Assembly: GCA_049512075.1 (NCBI GenBank)
Contig: JBEKXL010000004.1
Location: forward strand, 1 to 64,000
DNA length: 64,000 bases
From: Candidatus Bathyarchaeia archaeon
Lineage (GTDB): Archaea > Thermoproteota > Bathyarchaeia > Bathyarchaeales > Bathycorpusculaceae
Reading direction: 5' to 3'
A program made the translations under genes and the position numbers. This document shows, piece after piece, positions 10,304 to 20,638 of the stretch. Numbering within the stretch: position 1 is the first letter of the stretch; the number at the start of each line of letters is the position of its first letter. The notes below the pieces were generated by a model that was given only the letters and a program-made list of their open reading frames with translations, had not been told where the DNA came from and did no database searches.

Positions 10304-11091
10304 GGTTTCAAGCCTGTTCCAACGTCTACCCAGACTTTTTCACCCATTTTTCTGTACCCGATTTTTTCGTAGGCCTTTATGGCTGGGCGATTGTCTGATC
10401 TCGTGAACAGAGCGGCTGCCTCTGCCGTTCTCAGCGCCTCTTCTGTGATGGCCGAGATAGCTATTGTTGCGTACCCCTTGTTTCGGTGTTCGGGATGGGT
10501 GTAAACTCCTCCGATGAACCACACTTGTGGCAATTGAACGAATGACCCCGCGTATGAAACGAGTTGGTCTTCTTTGAAGACGCCGTAGATGGGCATCTTG
10601 CTTATCCATTCTGCATATTTCCTCAGCGTATTCGTAGGTCGGTCTTTTCGGCTTAGAAGAAGATCAGCCAGTTTCAAAGCGTCTTCTTCAGTGTGCAATC
10701 GCTTCACCAGTTCTGACTCGAAAAACCTTGCTTCGTTCTCCCTGACCCGCATCCAATCTTCAACATAGTGTTTTGCATCTGGAAACCTCTTCTTTATGGC
10801 TGGAAGAAGGCTAGGCGGTGCATGGACGACAAACTTGCTGGGCGGGGCCTCTTCAAGCAGTCTCTCGGCGACCTTGTCTTCACACTCCAAAATCACGCTT
10901 GGAACATCTGCAGCCGTGTAAATGAGGATGTATCCTTCAAGCTCTCCATCTTCAAAAGCTGCGTAAGCGACTGTGTGTTGTGGATCGTTCTGGAGGTCGT
11001 TGATAGCGAAGACGTGTCTGATGACGTCGGACTTGAGGGACGCTATGACGCGCGGTCTGTTTTCTTCGTTGATTTCTTCGATCCTAACCAT
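10300..11091 (-). CDS. GNAT-family acetyltransferase
   Basis: GVYTHPEHRNKGYA and N.PA..AYEKIGY. Confidence 0.88.
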   Translation of the reverse strand: MVRIEEINEENRPRVIASLKSDVIRHVFAINDLQNDPQHTVAYAAFEDGELEGYILIYTAADVPSVILECEDKVAERLLEEAPPSKFVVHAPPSLLPAIKKRFPDAKHYVEDWMRVRENEARFFESELVKRLHTEEDALKLADLLLSRKDRPTNTLRKYAEWISKMPIYGVFKEDQLVSYAGSFVQLPQVWFIGGVYTHPEHRNKGYATIAISAITEEALRTAEAAALFTRSDNRPAIKAYEKIGYRKMGEKVWVDVGTGLKP

Positions 11092-12223
11092 TGGAGTTTA
11101 ACCATCGTCTGCTTTCTTTCATCAACGAGTCGATTTCTTCCTCAGTGTTGTAGAAGTGCGGTGAGATCCGTATTCCGTTTGCTCGGGCAGACACAACAAT
11201 TCCCTTCTTCCCCAGTTTTTCAACAAGCTTCTGAGGTTTGTCTATTTTGAAGTTGACTATACCGGAGCGGCACTGCTTTTCTTTCGGAGTCTGAAGCTTG
11301 AGCCCCAAGTCTTCAGCGGCTTCTATCACCCGGTCTGTCAGTTTCATGATTCTTTTTCGAACGTTTTCAATTCCATAGTTGAGCAGCATTTTCATTGCCT
11401 CTCTTGCGCCTATCAGGCTTATTGTGCAGGATGTGCCGACTTCGAAGCGGCTCGCGGTCTTTGAAAGGTTCAGGTTCCAGATGTCGTAGAAATCTGCGGT
11501 GTCGAACGTTTCTTGTTTGACGCTCGCCCAGCCGACGAACGGTGGTTCAAACTTATCTATCAGCTCGTCCTTGACGTAGAGGTACGCGGCCCCGTGAGGA
11601 CTCAGCAGCCACTTGTAGCAAGCGGCCATCAGAAAGTCAACGTCGTCTCGTTTGACGTCCAGATGCATTGTGCCGACTGATTGTATTGCGTCAACGATAA
11701 GGTATGCTCCGTGTTCATGGACTATTTCGCTCAGAACCCTTAGGTCGTTACGGAAGCCGTTTGCGTATTCAACGTGGCTTATTGCAACCGCCACGGTCTT
11801 GTCGTCCACAGCCTTCTCCATGTCGTCCAACAGTATTCTTCCGTCAACGTTCTTCACGTAATGAACTTTGACGCCTAGGCTCTTGCGTAGCCAAGGATAG
11901 ACCACTGAAGGGTATTCGAGATCTGTTGTGACGATTTTTGATCCTTGCGGGTAATCTAGCACGTTTGCGGCTATGTTCAGCCCCACGGACGTGTTTTCGA
12001 CTAGGGCAATTTCTCCGGCTTTCGCTCCGACCAGTCTTGCAAAGTAGGGTTTGCCGCCATCTGAACAGTCGAACGAGGTCTTGCCGGTATTTGAGAACTC
12101 GTTCGCGTATTTCCTGACGGCTTCGGCGACAGGCTTCGGAAGCGGAGACTCTGCGGCATGGTTCAAGAAGACTTTCTTCTTGGTCACCGGAAACTGTTCT
12201 CGTATCTTCTCAACGTCGTCCAT
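11084..12223 (-). CDS. Class V PLP aminotransferase / cysteine desulfurase-like
   Basis: LNHAA, VDAIQSVG, YKWLLSP, RISPHFYN. Confidence 0.9.
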   Translation of the reverse strand: MDDVEKIREQFPVTKKKVFLNHAAESPLPKPVAEAVRKYANEFSNTGKTSFDCSDGGKPYFARLVGAKAGEIALVENTSVGLNIAANVLDYPQGSKIVTTDLEYPSVVYPWLRKSLGVKVHYVKNVDGRILLDDMEKAVDDKTVAVAISHVEYANGFRNDLRVLSEIVHEHGAYLIVDAIQSVGTMHLDVKRDDVDFLMAACYKWLLSPHGAAYLYVKDELIDKFEPPFVGWASVKQETFDTADFYDIWNLNLSKTASRFEVGTSCTISLIGAREAMKMLLNYGIENVRKRIMKLTDRVIEAAEDLGLKLQTPKEKQCRSGIVNFKIDKPQKLVEKLGKKGIVVSARANGIRISPHFYNTEEEIDSLMKESRRWLNSNG

Positions 12224-12335
12224 GCGGAATTATCCTCGATGCTATGTTATGAATACTTCACTAATAGCGATTACTGTTGAGGTTGGGATTTGCTCTCTGA
12301 GCAGATTTGTAGTCGTTTCTTATGATTTTGCTGCT

Positions 12336-13433
12336 TTATTGGATGCCGGATATTGTGAAGCCGCCGAAGCACGCCCATTTTTTCCTCAATAACCTCTTCA
12401 ACTCGTCAATCGTTTTTTCAACTGTTCTGCGGCATGCAGAAGGTTCCTCGGGCGGTGCGCAGGGCTCTTTGACGTTTATTTGGCTGAGGCCGGCTGCTCC
12501 CGCCACTAGTGCGTACCAGCAGAGTGGCAGGATTTCCGGGTTGTACCCGCTTCCGGGCATCAGCACTAGTTTTCCATCGCAGACTCTGTCAGCTGTATTC
12601 CTGACAATGTGCGATAGTTCAAAGAAGCCTTTGACAGTTAAGGCCAAGTTTCCCAGAGTGTCTGCGAAATGTGGATCACTTCCGCCGTTCGCAATTATGA
12701 CCTGAGGCTTAAACTCTTCGGCGAGGGGGACGAAGACTTCGTTCAAAGCGTAGAGGTATGTGTTGTCGCTTGTGCCTGGCGGCAACGGGACGTTGACGTT
12801 GTAGCCTTCTCCCATGTCCTCTCCGATTTGCCACACGAATCCGGTCCCAGGATAAAGCGTGCGTGGGTCTTGGTGCAGAGAGATGTAGAGCACTGTGGGA
12901 TCTCGGTAGTAGATGTCGCTCGTGCCGTTTCCAAAGTGGACATCGTGATCTAGTATTAAGAAGCGTTCAACGCCGTGTTTCGCCCTCAGATATTCAACTA
13001 AGACGGCGACATCGTTGAAGAGACAGAATCCGCCGCCGTAGTTTCTTCCTGCATGGTGATGGCCGCCGCCCAAGGAGACCGCCAGCTTTGCTCTGTTTTC
13101 AAGAACGGTCTTGCCGCACAAGATTGCGCTGCCGGAGATAAACAATGCTCCTTCAAGAATCATTGGAGAAACGGGAGTTTCAATGTCGTACGGCCTGCTT
13201 TCTGTGGCCAAGTTGAAGATAACGTTTACATACTCTTTGTCGTGAACCCTAAGCAAGTCCTCTTTTGTTGCGCGTTGCGGTTGAATGAGAGTAACTTCAG
13301 GCGTGCTGAACAAGTTTTGGTTTTCGAAGAACTCTATGGCGTTGACGAAGCGGTCGCCTCTGAAAGGGTGGCCTTCGCCTAGATCGTAATGCTTGAGCTT
13401 TTCGTTGAAACTTATCACTGTCTTCTGGATCAA
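12336..13433 (-). CDS. Histone deacetylase / AcuC-family deacetylase
   Basis: GGGHHHA, GFCLFND, D.DVHFGNGT, SLHQ, PGTG, G.D.H. Confidence 0.92.
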   Translation of the reverse strand: MIQKTVISFNEKLKHYDLGEGHPFRGDRFVNAIEFFENQNLFSTPEVTLIQPQRATKEDLLRVHDKEYVNVIFNLATESRPYDIETPVSPMILEGALFISGSAILCGKTVLENRAKLAVSLGGGHHHAGRNYGGGFCLFNDVAVLVEYLRAKHGVERFLILDHDVHFGNGTSDIYYRDPTVLYISLHQDPRTLYPGTGFVWQIGEDMGEGYNVNVPLPPGTSDNTYLYALNEVFVPLAEEFKPQVIIANGGSDPHFADTLGNLALTVKGFFELSHIVRNTADRVCDGKLVLMPGSGYNPEILPLCWYALVAGAAGLSQINVKEPCAPPEEPSACRRTVEKTIDELKRLLRKKWACFGGFTISGIQ

Positions 13434-13536
13434 TCGGACGCGCTCTCAGAACGAAGGTGAATCTTGTGAGATATAAAATCGTATCCAAGGGGCTAGCAGG
13501 GCTCAAAAAGGAAAAAAGGGGAGCTGTTGTTGATTG

Positions 13537-14136
13537 TTATGCTTGCTGCTTCTCTTCGGCTTTGGCTTCTGTTTCAGAATGTTGTGTTTCTTCTTTGCAC
13601 CGGATTGTCTCTACGACGGCTTCCACGGGTTCAATCTGTTCCTTTTCCGCCGTCTGGGGAGGCTCTTCTGAGAACTTCACTTCTGGTTCTGGAGCTTGGA
13701 TTTGTGGCGGTTCAGCGTCTTGCTGCGTATTCAACTCATCGTTTGAAAGCTGGTTCACCGCGTATTGAACGTCATCCAGTTCTTTCTTTGCTGTCTCGAG
13801 TCCTGTGCCGAGGAGCTCGGTTTCTCGGTGGTATGTTTCTTCGTCCACTTCGTCGGTCACGTGTTGAATCTCAAAGTTTGCAAGAAGAATCTCCAACGTC
13901 CTAATCTGTTCCTCGAGTTCCATCGCTTTCGAGGCCATTTTTCCCAGCAAAGCTTTACGCTGGCCGTCGATTTCCGCGACGGCTTCGTCTATCTCACGAG
14001 TGAAAAGGCTGTGCGTTGTCTGTGAAATCTTGCCAGTTTCCAGTAAATTGCCCAAAGCTTGTTTCTTTTTCTTCGCTAGCTCGTATTCTTCGTTCAACCT
14101 GCTAAATGAGTGTTTCCACGATATCAATTTTTGCAC
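13537..14136 (-). CDS. CdvA-like coiled-coil protein
   Basis: Coiled coil with KKKQAL..LL..GKIS and LE.LLAN.EI.H pattern recalled from CdvA-like proteins; acidic tail. Confidence 0.65.
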   Translation of the reverse strand: MQKLISWKHSFSRLNEEYELAKKKKQALGNLLETGKISQTTHSLFTREIDEAVAEIDGQRKALLGKMASKAMELEEQIRTLEILLANFEIQHVTDEVDEETYHRETELLGTGLETAKKELDDVQYAVNQLSNDELNTQQDAEPPQIQAPEPEVKFSEEPPQTAEKEQIEPVEAVVETIRCKEETQHSETEAKAEEKQQA

Positions 14137-14511
14137 CGTGCAACTGGTTACTATGAAAGAAGCAGATAATCTTTGCTAACATGCAGGTATATCTCTGACT
14201 GTTAGGTTCACCAGTTTCTGCAACTTAACAGTAAGACTGACCTTTAAAAACCAACACACCCGCTGACATTTCAATGCGTTAAAAAGTGCAAAATCTCCCG
14301 CCAATAATTGAAAACCTCGAACATTTCGTGTGCCGCTTCGCCAGAAATCGCAGGAAGAACGTATGCCAAGCTCGAAAATGAACTTCAAAAGTTCAGTGAT
14401 TATCCGTTTAAGGCCTAATTCTAACCTCAGACTTGCTTGGACAGCTAATCGGATCGAAACACTAAAAAACACCTTGTCCTCAACTCTAGACCCTAAACAC
14501 ACAGCTCAGAA

Positions 14512-14610
14512 GGGCCCGTAGCTCAGTAAGGACAGAGCACCGGACTTTTAGGCTCAATGCTAAGCATGGAAATCCGGGGGTCCCGGGTTCAATTCCCGGC
14601 GGGCCCGCCA
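14512..14610 (+). tRNA. tRNA-Lys(UUU) with 21-nt intron at 37/38 (14551-14571), CCA encoded
   Basis: GGGCCCG/CGGGCCC acceptor stem, CCGGA-CT-TTT-A..A-TCCGG anticodon arm, CCGGG-TTCAATT-CCCGG T arm. Confidence 0.93.
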
Positions 14611-15510
14611 TTCATTGTGCGAATGTGCACCGTCTGCAAGGCGTCTGCGGCGCCTTTGTGTATGAGTTCACTTAGCATCTTGCTTAGAGTCTGAAGTTCA
14701 CTGTTCTGGCATTCGTCCAAGTTTAGCGCGCATGCCTGTTCCTAAATTCATTCGCGAGCTGGTTTTTGTTATAGGCTCGCTTGGTTCGTGGATGACCGTG
14801 TGACTATTGATGCGAGAAGTATCGTCTGTAGGACATGGACCAACTCGTCACGCCCAAAAAAGGGAATTTAGGAACACGCTAGCGCGCTAGCTCCTATGAT
14901 AGGCAACATACAAAGCGGCCAAAATCTGCCCCTCAAACAAGTCGTATCGGACGCAAACAGGCAAGAGAAGAGCAAAAACCGCTTTACTCCAGCTCAGGAA
15001 CACACATGCGCGCCACCTCACACCCACACCCAACAAATCATATTTGGCCCCAAATAGAGGGCCCTACACCCGTTGCGCGCACACAGCGCGCGCTAAACCA
15101 ACTATTGCTACCATGAAAAACGCCACGATTAAATGTGACGGAAACGGCAGCTGAGCTGGCTTTTACTTCTTATAGCTTCTTCTGATGTACTCTGAAGGTG
15201 TCCTAGCGTCAACCTTCACGGAATCAGCCACAGGTTTTCTTCTGGCGTTGGCTTACCCCGAATCATCGTTCTGGATGCAGTAATTCCTCCTATGGCACCA
15301 TAGTGCCTTCGCTGTTAGGCTTGCATTCTTTTTGGTTCCATAAAGATTCAGTGCGCGCTGTGTGTTTCATGTCTTTTCTGTGGGGCTATATGGGCAATTC
15401 AATCGTACAATGCTCGGGCGGCTTTGGAATAGAAGTTACTTCCATAAGTGTTTATTTAGTGAGAAAGTGTTAGAAATGTCAGGAGGAGATATGAGGATAG
15501 ATACCTCAAC

Positions 15511-15774
15511 GTGGAGGAGGTGAGGATATTGGAGATTACGATAAACACGAAGCAGGCGATTGCCCTCGTGTGGACTTTGATTGCTATTGTACTGTCTCTG
15601 ATCGTTGTGCTAGCAATGGGCCTTCCGTACACAATCCTAGGCAGTGGGTACTATTCCGGCGTACCCTGGTGGCTGATGATTGTAGCATTTTTTGGAGTTT
15701 TCTTGGTGATAACTCTTCCAGTGTATCTGCTCATTGCTCTATGGGGAATAGCGACCAGATGCGAAAACGAGTAG
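15511..15774 (+). CDS. Small two-TM membrane protein
   Basis: Two hydrophobic helices; GGAGG/GAGGTGA-type RBS nearby. Confidence 0.55.
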   Translation: MEEVRILEITINTKQAIALVWTLIAIVLSLIVVLAMGLPYTILGSGYYSGVPWWLMIVAFFGVFLVITLPVYLLIALWGIATRCENE

Positions 15775-16162
15775 CAAAAACAGGCAATGGTCGACGCCCC
15801 TGTGATGAGGAAACACGTTTCAAGGTTGAGAAGTGAGCAGTTGCTCTATGCGACAGTGCCAAGTGCTCCGTCACAAGTCTTCTGATGAGAGCTTATTTCT
15901 TTTATCTTTCAGTAGATCCGCAATTATTCGCCTTGGTAGCAAGTTCCATATCAGCTCTCCATGTACTTTGATTGGACGAGAGCATGTTCTTCAGGCTGGC
16001 AACAGCCTGCGTGGTCCCACAGGTTCTGTTCACATGAAGCTTTGCTCGCACGCAATAATTCGTATTTTGGACAGCGATGATTATACGAGAGGAATAGTTC
16101 CACCATTCTTGAACTGGAAGACTGCTTCATAACACATAAATGAAACGATAGAGTTACAAGAA

Positions 16163-16390
16163 TTGGGAGTGCAGTTGAGCCTGGACGAAATTGAGAATTT
16201 TCGCAAATCTCTAAAGAACTGTCCAGATTGCGGTTCGACAGAAGGCTTCTGGCTCATTGCAAAACGCGACAAAACCTATTTCCAATGCAAGCACTGTGCA
16301 GCTATTCTAGAAGTCTGCGAGGTACATCCACCTTCGAAGACCACTAGAGACTCCAAAAAGTTTCTGGCAAGGATAAAGCTAGTTCGATGA
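16163..16390 (+). CDS. Small zinc-ribbon protein
   Basis: CPDC..CKHC. Confidence 0.6.
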   Translation: MGVQLSLDEIENFRKSLKNCPDCGSTEGFWLIAKRDKTYFQCKHCAAILEVCEVHPPSKTTRDSKKFLARIKLVR

Positions 16391-16863
16391 CATAACCACA
16401 GATAGCGCGCGCGCTTCACTAGAGGATATATGCTTGGTGGCCACTCTCATTCACACCGATTCAACGTAGGCTTCTGAGCATTCTGAACCTAATGTTTGCC
16501 CTTACGGTCGTCTTTTCCAGCTCAAGTTCACACGAGCGAGGCCTAAGCTTCTTTGAGTCAGGGAACTTTTCCTAAACCTGGGACAAATCGGGATTGGGAA
16601 AATCTTTGTAGACAATTAAGACTGAGGTAATGGTGAGAGAAGCCTTCTCCTTTTCTCACGCCACTACTAATACGAAAGTATGCTCAAGCTTTATAATGCG
16701 TTGTTGCCTTGCTTGGCATATATCGCTTTTCATCGTATATTTCCTTTCATACTAGCGTACAGGGTTAAGCAGTATTTCGAATCTTTATTCGAATGCCGTA
16801 AGCTTTACTTTTGTTGGATGCCAATGTCTCACCTAGGCCGCAAGGGCCTCGTGTGGGAATTTA

Positions 16864-17241
16864 TTGTCTTTCCAAGAGTGGCTTTACCGCAAGGCGGAGC
16901 AGAACGCTCACAGCGAAATTCTAGCCTTTCTAATGATGGTTCTTGGCATGAATCTTCTGATGGGAGGCCTCATCGTTACGGTCATCACCGCAGGTGAGCC
17001 GAATCTGCTCTTCTACCTCACCCAGCCCCTGAGCCAGTCTGCTGTCCTAGGGCTTATCCTAACCATCACGGGCTTCTTGGTCCTTTCAGCCGGCTTCATA
17101 ATGGTTGTCCACTACGACAGGCAAAGGTCTTGGCATCTGAAGGAAATAGAAAAATCCACCCACTCCAGAAACAGGAAGATCACCATCAAGACACAAGATG
17201 AACTCCTCAAAGGATTGGCAGACGAAAGCAGTGAGAAATAG
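16864..17241 (+). CDS. Hypothetical two-TM membrane protein
   Basis: Two TM helices and a charged tail. Confidence 0.65.
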   Translation: MSFQEWLYRKAEQNAHSEILAFLMMVLGMNLLMGGLIVTVITAGEPNLLFYLTQPLSQSAVLGLILTITGFLVLSAGFIMVVHYDRQRSWHLKEIEKSTHSRNRKITIKTQDELLKGLADESSEK

Positions 17242-17526
17242 TCCCCCCGCACCAAGGCCTGCGACATGTCGTCAATTGGCAATTCTTCGCCTTTAATCTA
17301 CCTCAACCTAGCATTTTTGATCGGCTTTACCACATGTTTTTGGTGAATTTTCCTCGTTCGAGAAGGAGTTCACCAGAGTTTCCATTATAATTTTCTTATG
17401 ACCCAGTTTCTAGACTCCCTGGCAACTGTGGATTTTCATATGTGAATATTGATGCTGAATTCATAAGCTAAATAAGTAGTAGCGCTGAACTGGTAAGGCG
17501 TCTTGCGCAAACGGTAGGAGATATCG

Positions 17527-17676
17527 ATGACGAGTGACGACCGGATTTCAACGAAGAACATCAGTGGGGAACTCTTACAACTTGAAGCGAAAAGGATGGA
17601 ATTGGGCTTTCTAAAAATGGTCGTCTCAGATCTTAGAAGCTACAGAAAAATGATAGGTGTTAAAAAGTACGATTAG
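17527..17676 (+). CDS. Possible 49-aa hypothetical protein
   Basis: GGAG RBS then ATG; MTSDDRIS..KKYD; below the ORF-track cutoff. Confidence 0.3.
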   Translation: MTSDDRISTKNISGELLQLEAKRMELGFLKMVVSDLRSYRKMIGVKKYD

Positions 17677-17716
17677 AATCCTTCGGCTTCAAATCATACA
17701 TTAGTTTTGCAAGCCT

Positions 17717-18133
17717 CTACATGCTGAACCGTCTTCTCAGCGTTTCTACGATCATTTCAGAACCGCGCATATCCGTCTGCAACGCCTGTTTCGCCGTTGC
17801 TTCTCGTATCATTTCTTTTTCTTTTCCAATAATGCGACATTGATCCTTGATGGCATTGTTGGTCTCATCTATCGTCTTTTCAACCCATTCCAGTTTTTCC
17901 ACAAATTCGTCTGCCGTGGTGACGAGCCTCACTTTATCATCGATCAGCAAAAGCTTCCTATCCCACAAGTCTCTGCTTGACTTCCATTTCAAATCAAAGG
18001 CGTCTCGCCATTCTTGATCAGGTACAGAGTCCAACGGGAGGTCAACAATGTATGCGTCGGGAAACGTAGGATTCTGGCTTACACAAATTTCGCTCGCGTC
18101 AAAAGGAGTCATGATCCGTACACTTTTAGCCAT
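17717..18133 (-). CDS. Hypothetical protein
   Basis: 138-aa ORF preceded by GGAGGG RBS. Confidence 0.65.
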   Translation of the reverse strand: MAKSVRIMTPFDASEICVSQNPTFPDAYIVDLPLDSVPDQEWRDAFDLKWKSSRDLWDRKLLLIDDKVRLVTTADEFVEKLEWVEKTIDETNNAIKDQCRIIGKEKEMIREATAKQALQTDMRGSEMIVETLRRRFSM

Positions 18134-18590
18134 ATCCCTCCGGTCACCTCTATGAGATGCTATCTCGCTTTCACCCTAAGAATTCTGCCCTGCCAAAACA
18201 ATGGCTCATTCTGCGGCTTTCAATTTCGAATTAGACTAAAAATGTCAACTGACTTCATTTCGAACCATTGACTCCAGTCTTGAGTTTAAACGAATACGGC
18301 AATCCGTGCAAATGTGGCTGCGATAAAGCCAACCGCGCCCGCAAATGGTGGTAAAAAACCAAAATCATTAAAACCACGAAGCCGAAGGAGAAAGAGGCAA
18401 GCTTCTCGCAAAAATGTTACGCCCTGGTTGCCTCGCCATAATAGTATTCCAATGCACGCGTGTGCGCGAAGGATCGCCTGCGGATTAAGGTTATATGCCG
18501 AGGACGATGGAGATGTCTCCCGCAAATCCCCCTTTTTCTTTTTTTGATGCGGTCTGGTCGGCGAATTAGGAAAGTCTGAGGTGAATTTTT

Positions 18591-19475
18591 TTGGCTGGGG
18601 CTCGTGGAAGTAAAAATTCTCGCCGTTCAAAGTACAAAGTAAAATTTGACTTCACTACTGTTCGCACGTGGATCCTTCCTATCTTACGTAGAATCCAGGC
18701 CGGGGACTACCCGACTAAGATTGGGCGCTTGGTAGGCCTGAGCCGGCAACACGTTCACTACTATCTCAAGAAACTTGAGGAGTGCAAGCTGATTCATAGA
18801 GAGAAACGGTCCAGTGTGGTGTTCTATGAGTTGACTGGCGGCGGTACAAACTTTCTCAGGTCATGTGAGGGTGTGGTTTTTCCTGGGGAGCTATACAGAT
18901 TGGATAAGTGTCAGGTTGGTTTTGGGATAAGGGTTGAGGGTATCGTGCCGTCGGATGGGTTTAGGCGGGTGGAGATGCAGAATTGGACGGCTTTGTTGGG
19001 GCTGGAGCAGGGTGTGAAGGTTCGGCATACTAGTAGGAGTTGGATTGTGCACGTGGAGGTTATTCGGGGTAAGAGCCCGGCTGAGGTTTACGGTTTAGCG
19101 TTGAACGTTGCCAATCGGGTTGCTGTAGCCTTGTGCAGGAAGTACGGTTGCGTGTTGAGTGAGGGCAGGTTTATGGCGGGTGAGCTGGCTGTTGAGGACC
19201 CTGTGGCAAAATTGTTCGGCCGCTACTTCACTGTAAGTACGCCAAGGCGAGAGATTGATCACAGTTGGAAGGTCGGTGAGCTCGAAAACTTGCAGAAGGA
19301 TGCGGTTATCGAGTACCTTCAGATGCCGGAACGCGTGAAAAAGATGGAAGGACAAGTTGAGCGTTTGCACGCGGATCTCGAGGAACTCACTGGAGCTCTG
19401 AAAAGATTTCTTGGCTTGGAAGGCGCTGCGCAGCCGAGCGCTGATCAAAGTCGCCTTGACAGGTGTGTGGCTTAG
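18591..19475 (+). CDS. N-terminal wHTH protein with uncharacterised central domain and C-terminal coiled coil
   Basis: PTKIGRLVGLSRQHVHYYLKKLEECKLI helix-turn-helix; GAGGTGA RBS. Confidence 0.75.
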   Translation: MAGARGSKNSRRSKYKVKFDFTTVRTWILPILRRIQAGDYPTKIGRLVGLSRQHVHYYLKKLEECKLIHREKRSSVVFYELTGGGTNFLRSCEGVVFPGELYRLDKCQVGFGIRVEGIVPSDGFRRVEMQNWTALLGLEQGVKVRHTSRSWIVHVEVIRGKSPAEVYGLALNVANRVAVALCRKYGCVLSEGRFMAGELAVEDPVAKLFGRYFTVSTPRREIDHSWKVGELENLQKDAVIEYLQMPERVKKMEGQVERLHADLEELTGALKRFLGLEGAAQPSADQSRLDRCVA

Positions 19476-19649
19476 GGGGTGTTTTGGAAGTGAAGTCGTG
19501 TTCAAAGGCGGTTTTGGGGCTAGTGTTGGGGTATGGTAAAAGTCCATGCTTTTGGGCGTGTGCTCTTCTTGTCTCTGTTGATGTGGGTTGTGGAAGCTCT
19601 GGTTTCGCTGTCTTCAACATGGCCATTATGCTGGAGTGAGCGTTTCTGA

Positions 19650-20120
19650 ATGGAGACTAACGCTGAACCTGTTCAAACATCGAGAAAAAAGCGTTTACAA
19701 GAGGTGAAAGTGGGTAGGGTCAAGTACACTTTGCAGTTGGTCAAGGGGATTCAGCGTGACATTGAAGAGATTAAACTTGCGCAGCGCACTATCTTAGCAG
19801 GCTTAAAGGGTCTTTTCCATTTTGAACGGCCTGTGATTCAGAGAATTGCGTGCGCAAATGAGGTTGATGTTGAGATCCTGGAGCTTTTGTATGAGTCTGG
19901 ATCCGCCGGTATGCTGCCGAAGAATTTGGCTGCCGGTTTGATTGATTTCAGGGTTAGGCGCCATCAGGTTAGCCGCAGGATCCTGCGCATGAACAAGCGC
20001 TTAGAGAAGGAAGTGGGTGAGCGATTGGTTGAGAAAAGAGGTTGGCACTGGGCGCTTACAAGTTTCGGGTTCAATGTTTGGGGAGAAACTGAAGAAATAA
20101 GGAAACCACAGGCGAAGTGA
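19650..20120 (+). CDS. Hypothetical protein with probable C-terminal wHTH
   Basis: DVEILELL..PKNLA..RHQVSRRI..VEKRGWHW pattern. Confidence 0.65.
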   Translation: METNAEPVQTSRKKRLQEVKVGRVKYTLQLVKGIQRDIEEIKLAQRTILAGLKGLFHFERPVIQRIACANEVDVEILELLYESGSAGMLPKNLAAGLIDFRVRRHQVSRRILRMNKRLEKEVGERLVEKRGWHWALTSFGFNVWGETEEIRKPQAK

Positions 20121-20323
20121 AGGGTTAGCGCGCACTGTAAGCTGTAGGACCCAATAAATCTGAAAGGGGAAAAGAGAATATGAACAACGAACAGGAGAAA
20201 GCAAAATCGAGTTTAGCGCTCTGCGCTAAAACAAGAAAAGCTCTGCTTCTGCTCTTCCTCGTGTATTGTTACAGAAACTCCTGATTTCATCATTTATTAT
20301 TAGGGCACGCGCGTGCTGTCTCA

Positions 20324-20638
20324 TTACTCTCCGGGCGGCATGCCCAACAGAGCGAGTATCAATAGGATTATTATCACAGCATAAGTCACTATTATGGTCC
20401 AGAAGAATATCTGGGCAACGTTCGTTAGGATTTTCGCCTTTTTCGACTGTTGCCTCCAATGGTGAGCGCAGGACGATATTATGGCAAGCGCGAAGATGGC
20501 AAGCGCGAAGATGGCAAGCAACAGTAGCCCATTCATAAAAACATACCACAGCGGGAACAGGGCAGAGCCAATTCCCGCCAAAACAGCAACCACGTACAGG
20601 GCAAACCTGTATCTTTCAATAGTGCTCACATTGCTCAA
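20324..20638 (-). CDS. Small membrane protein
   Basis: Three hydrophobic segments; internal 15-bp tandem repeat. Confidence 0.5.
   Translation of the reverse strand: MSNVSTIERYRFALYVVAVLAGIGSALFPLWYVFMNGLLLLAIFALAIFALAIISSCAHHWRQQSKKAKILTNVAQIFFWTIIVTYAVIIILLILALLGMPPGE

Noticed and set aside
14611-15420. CRISPR array
   Set aside because: No 23-47 bp repeat, irregular spacing, and no cas genes in the window
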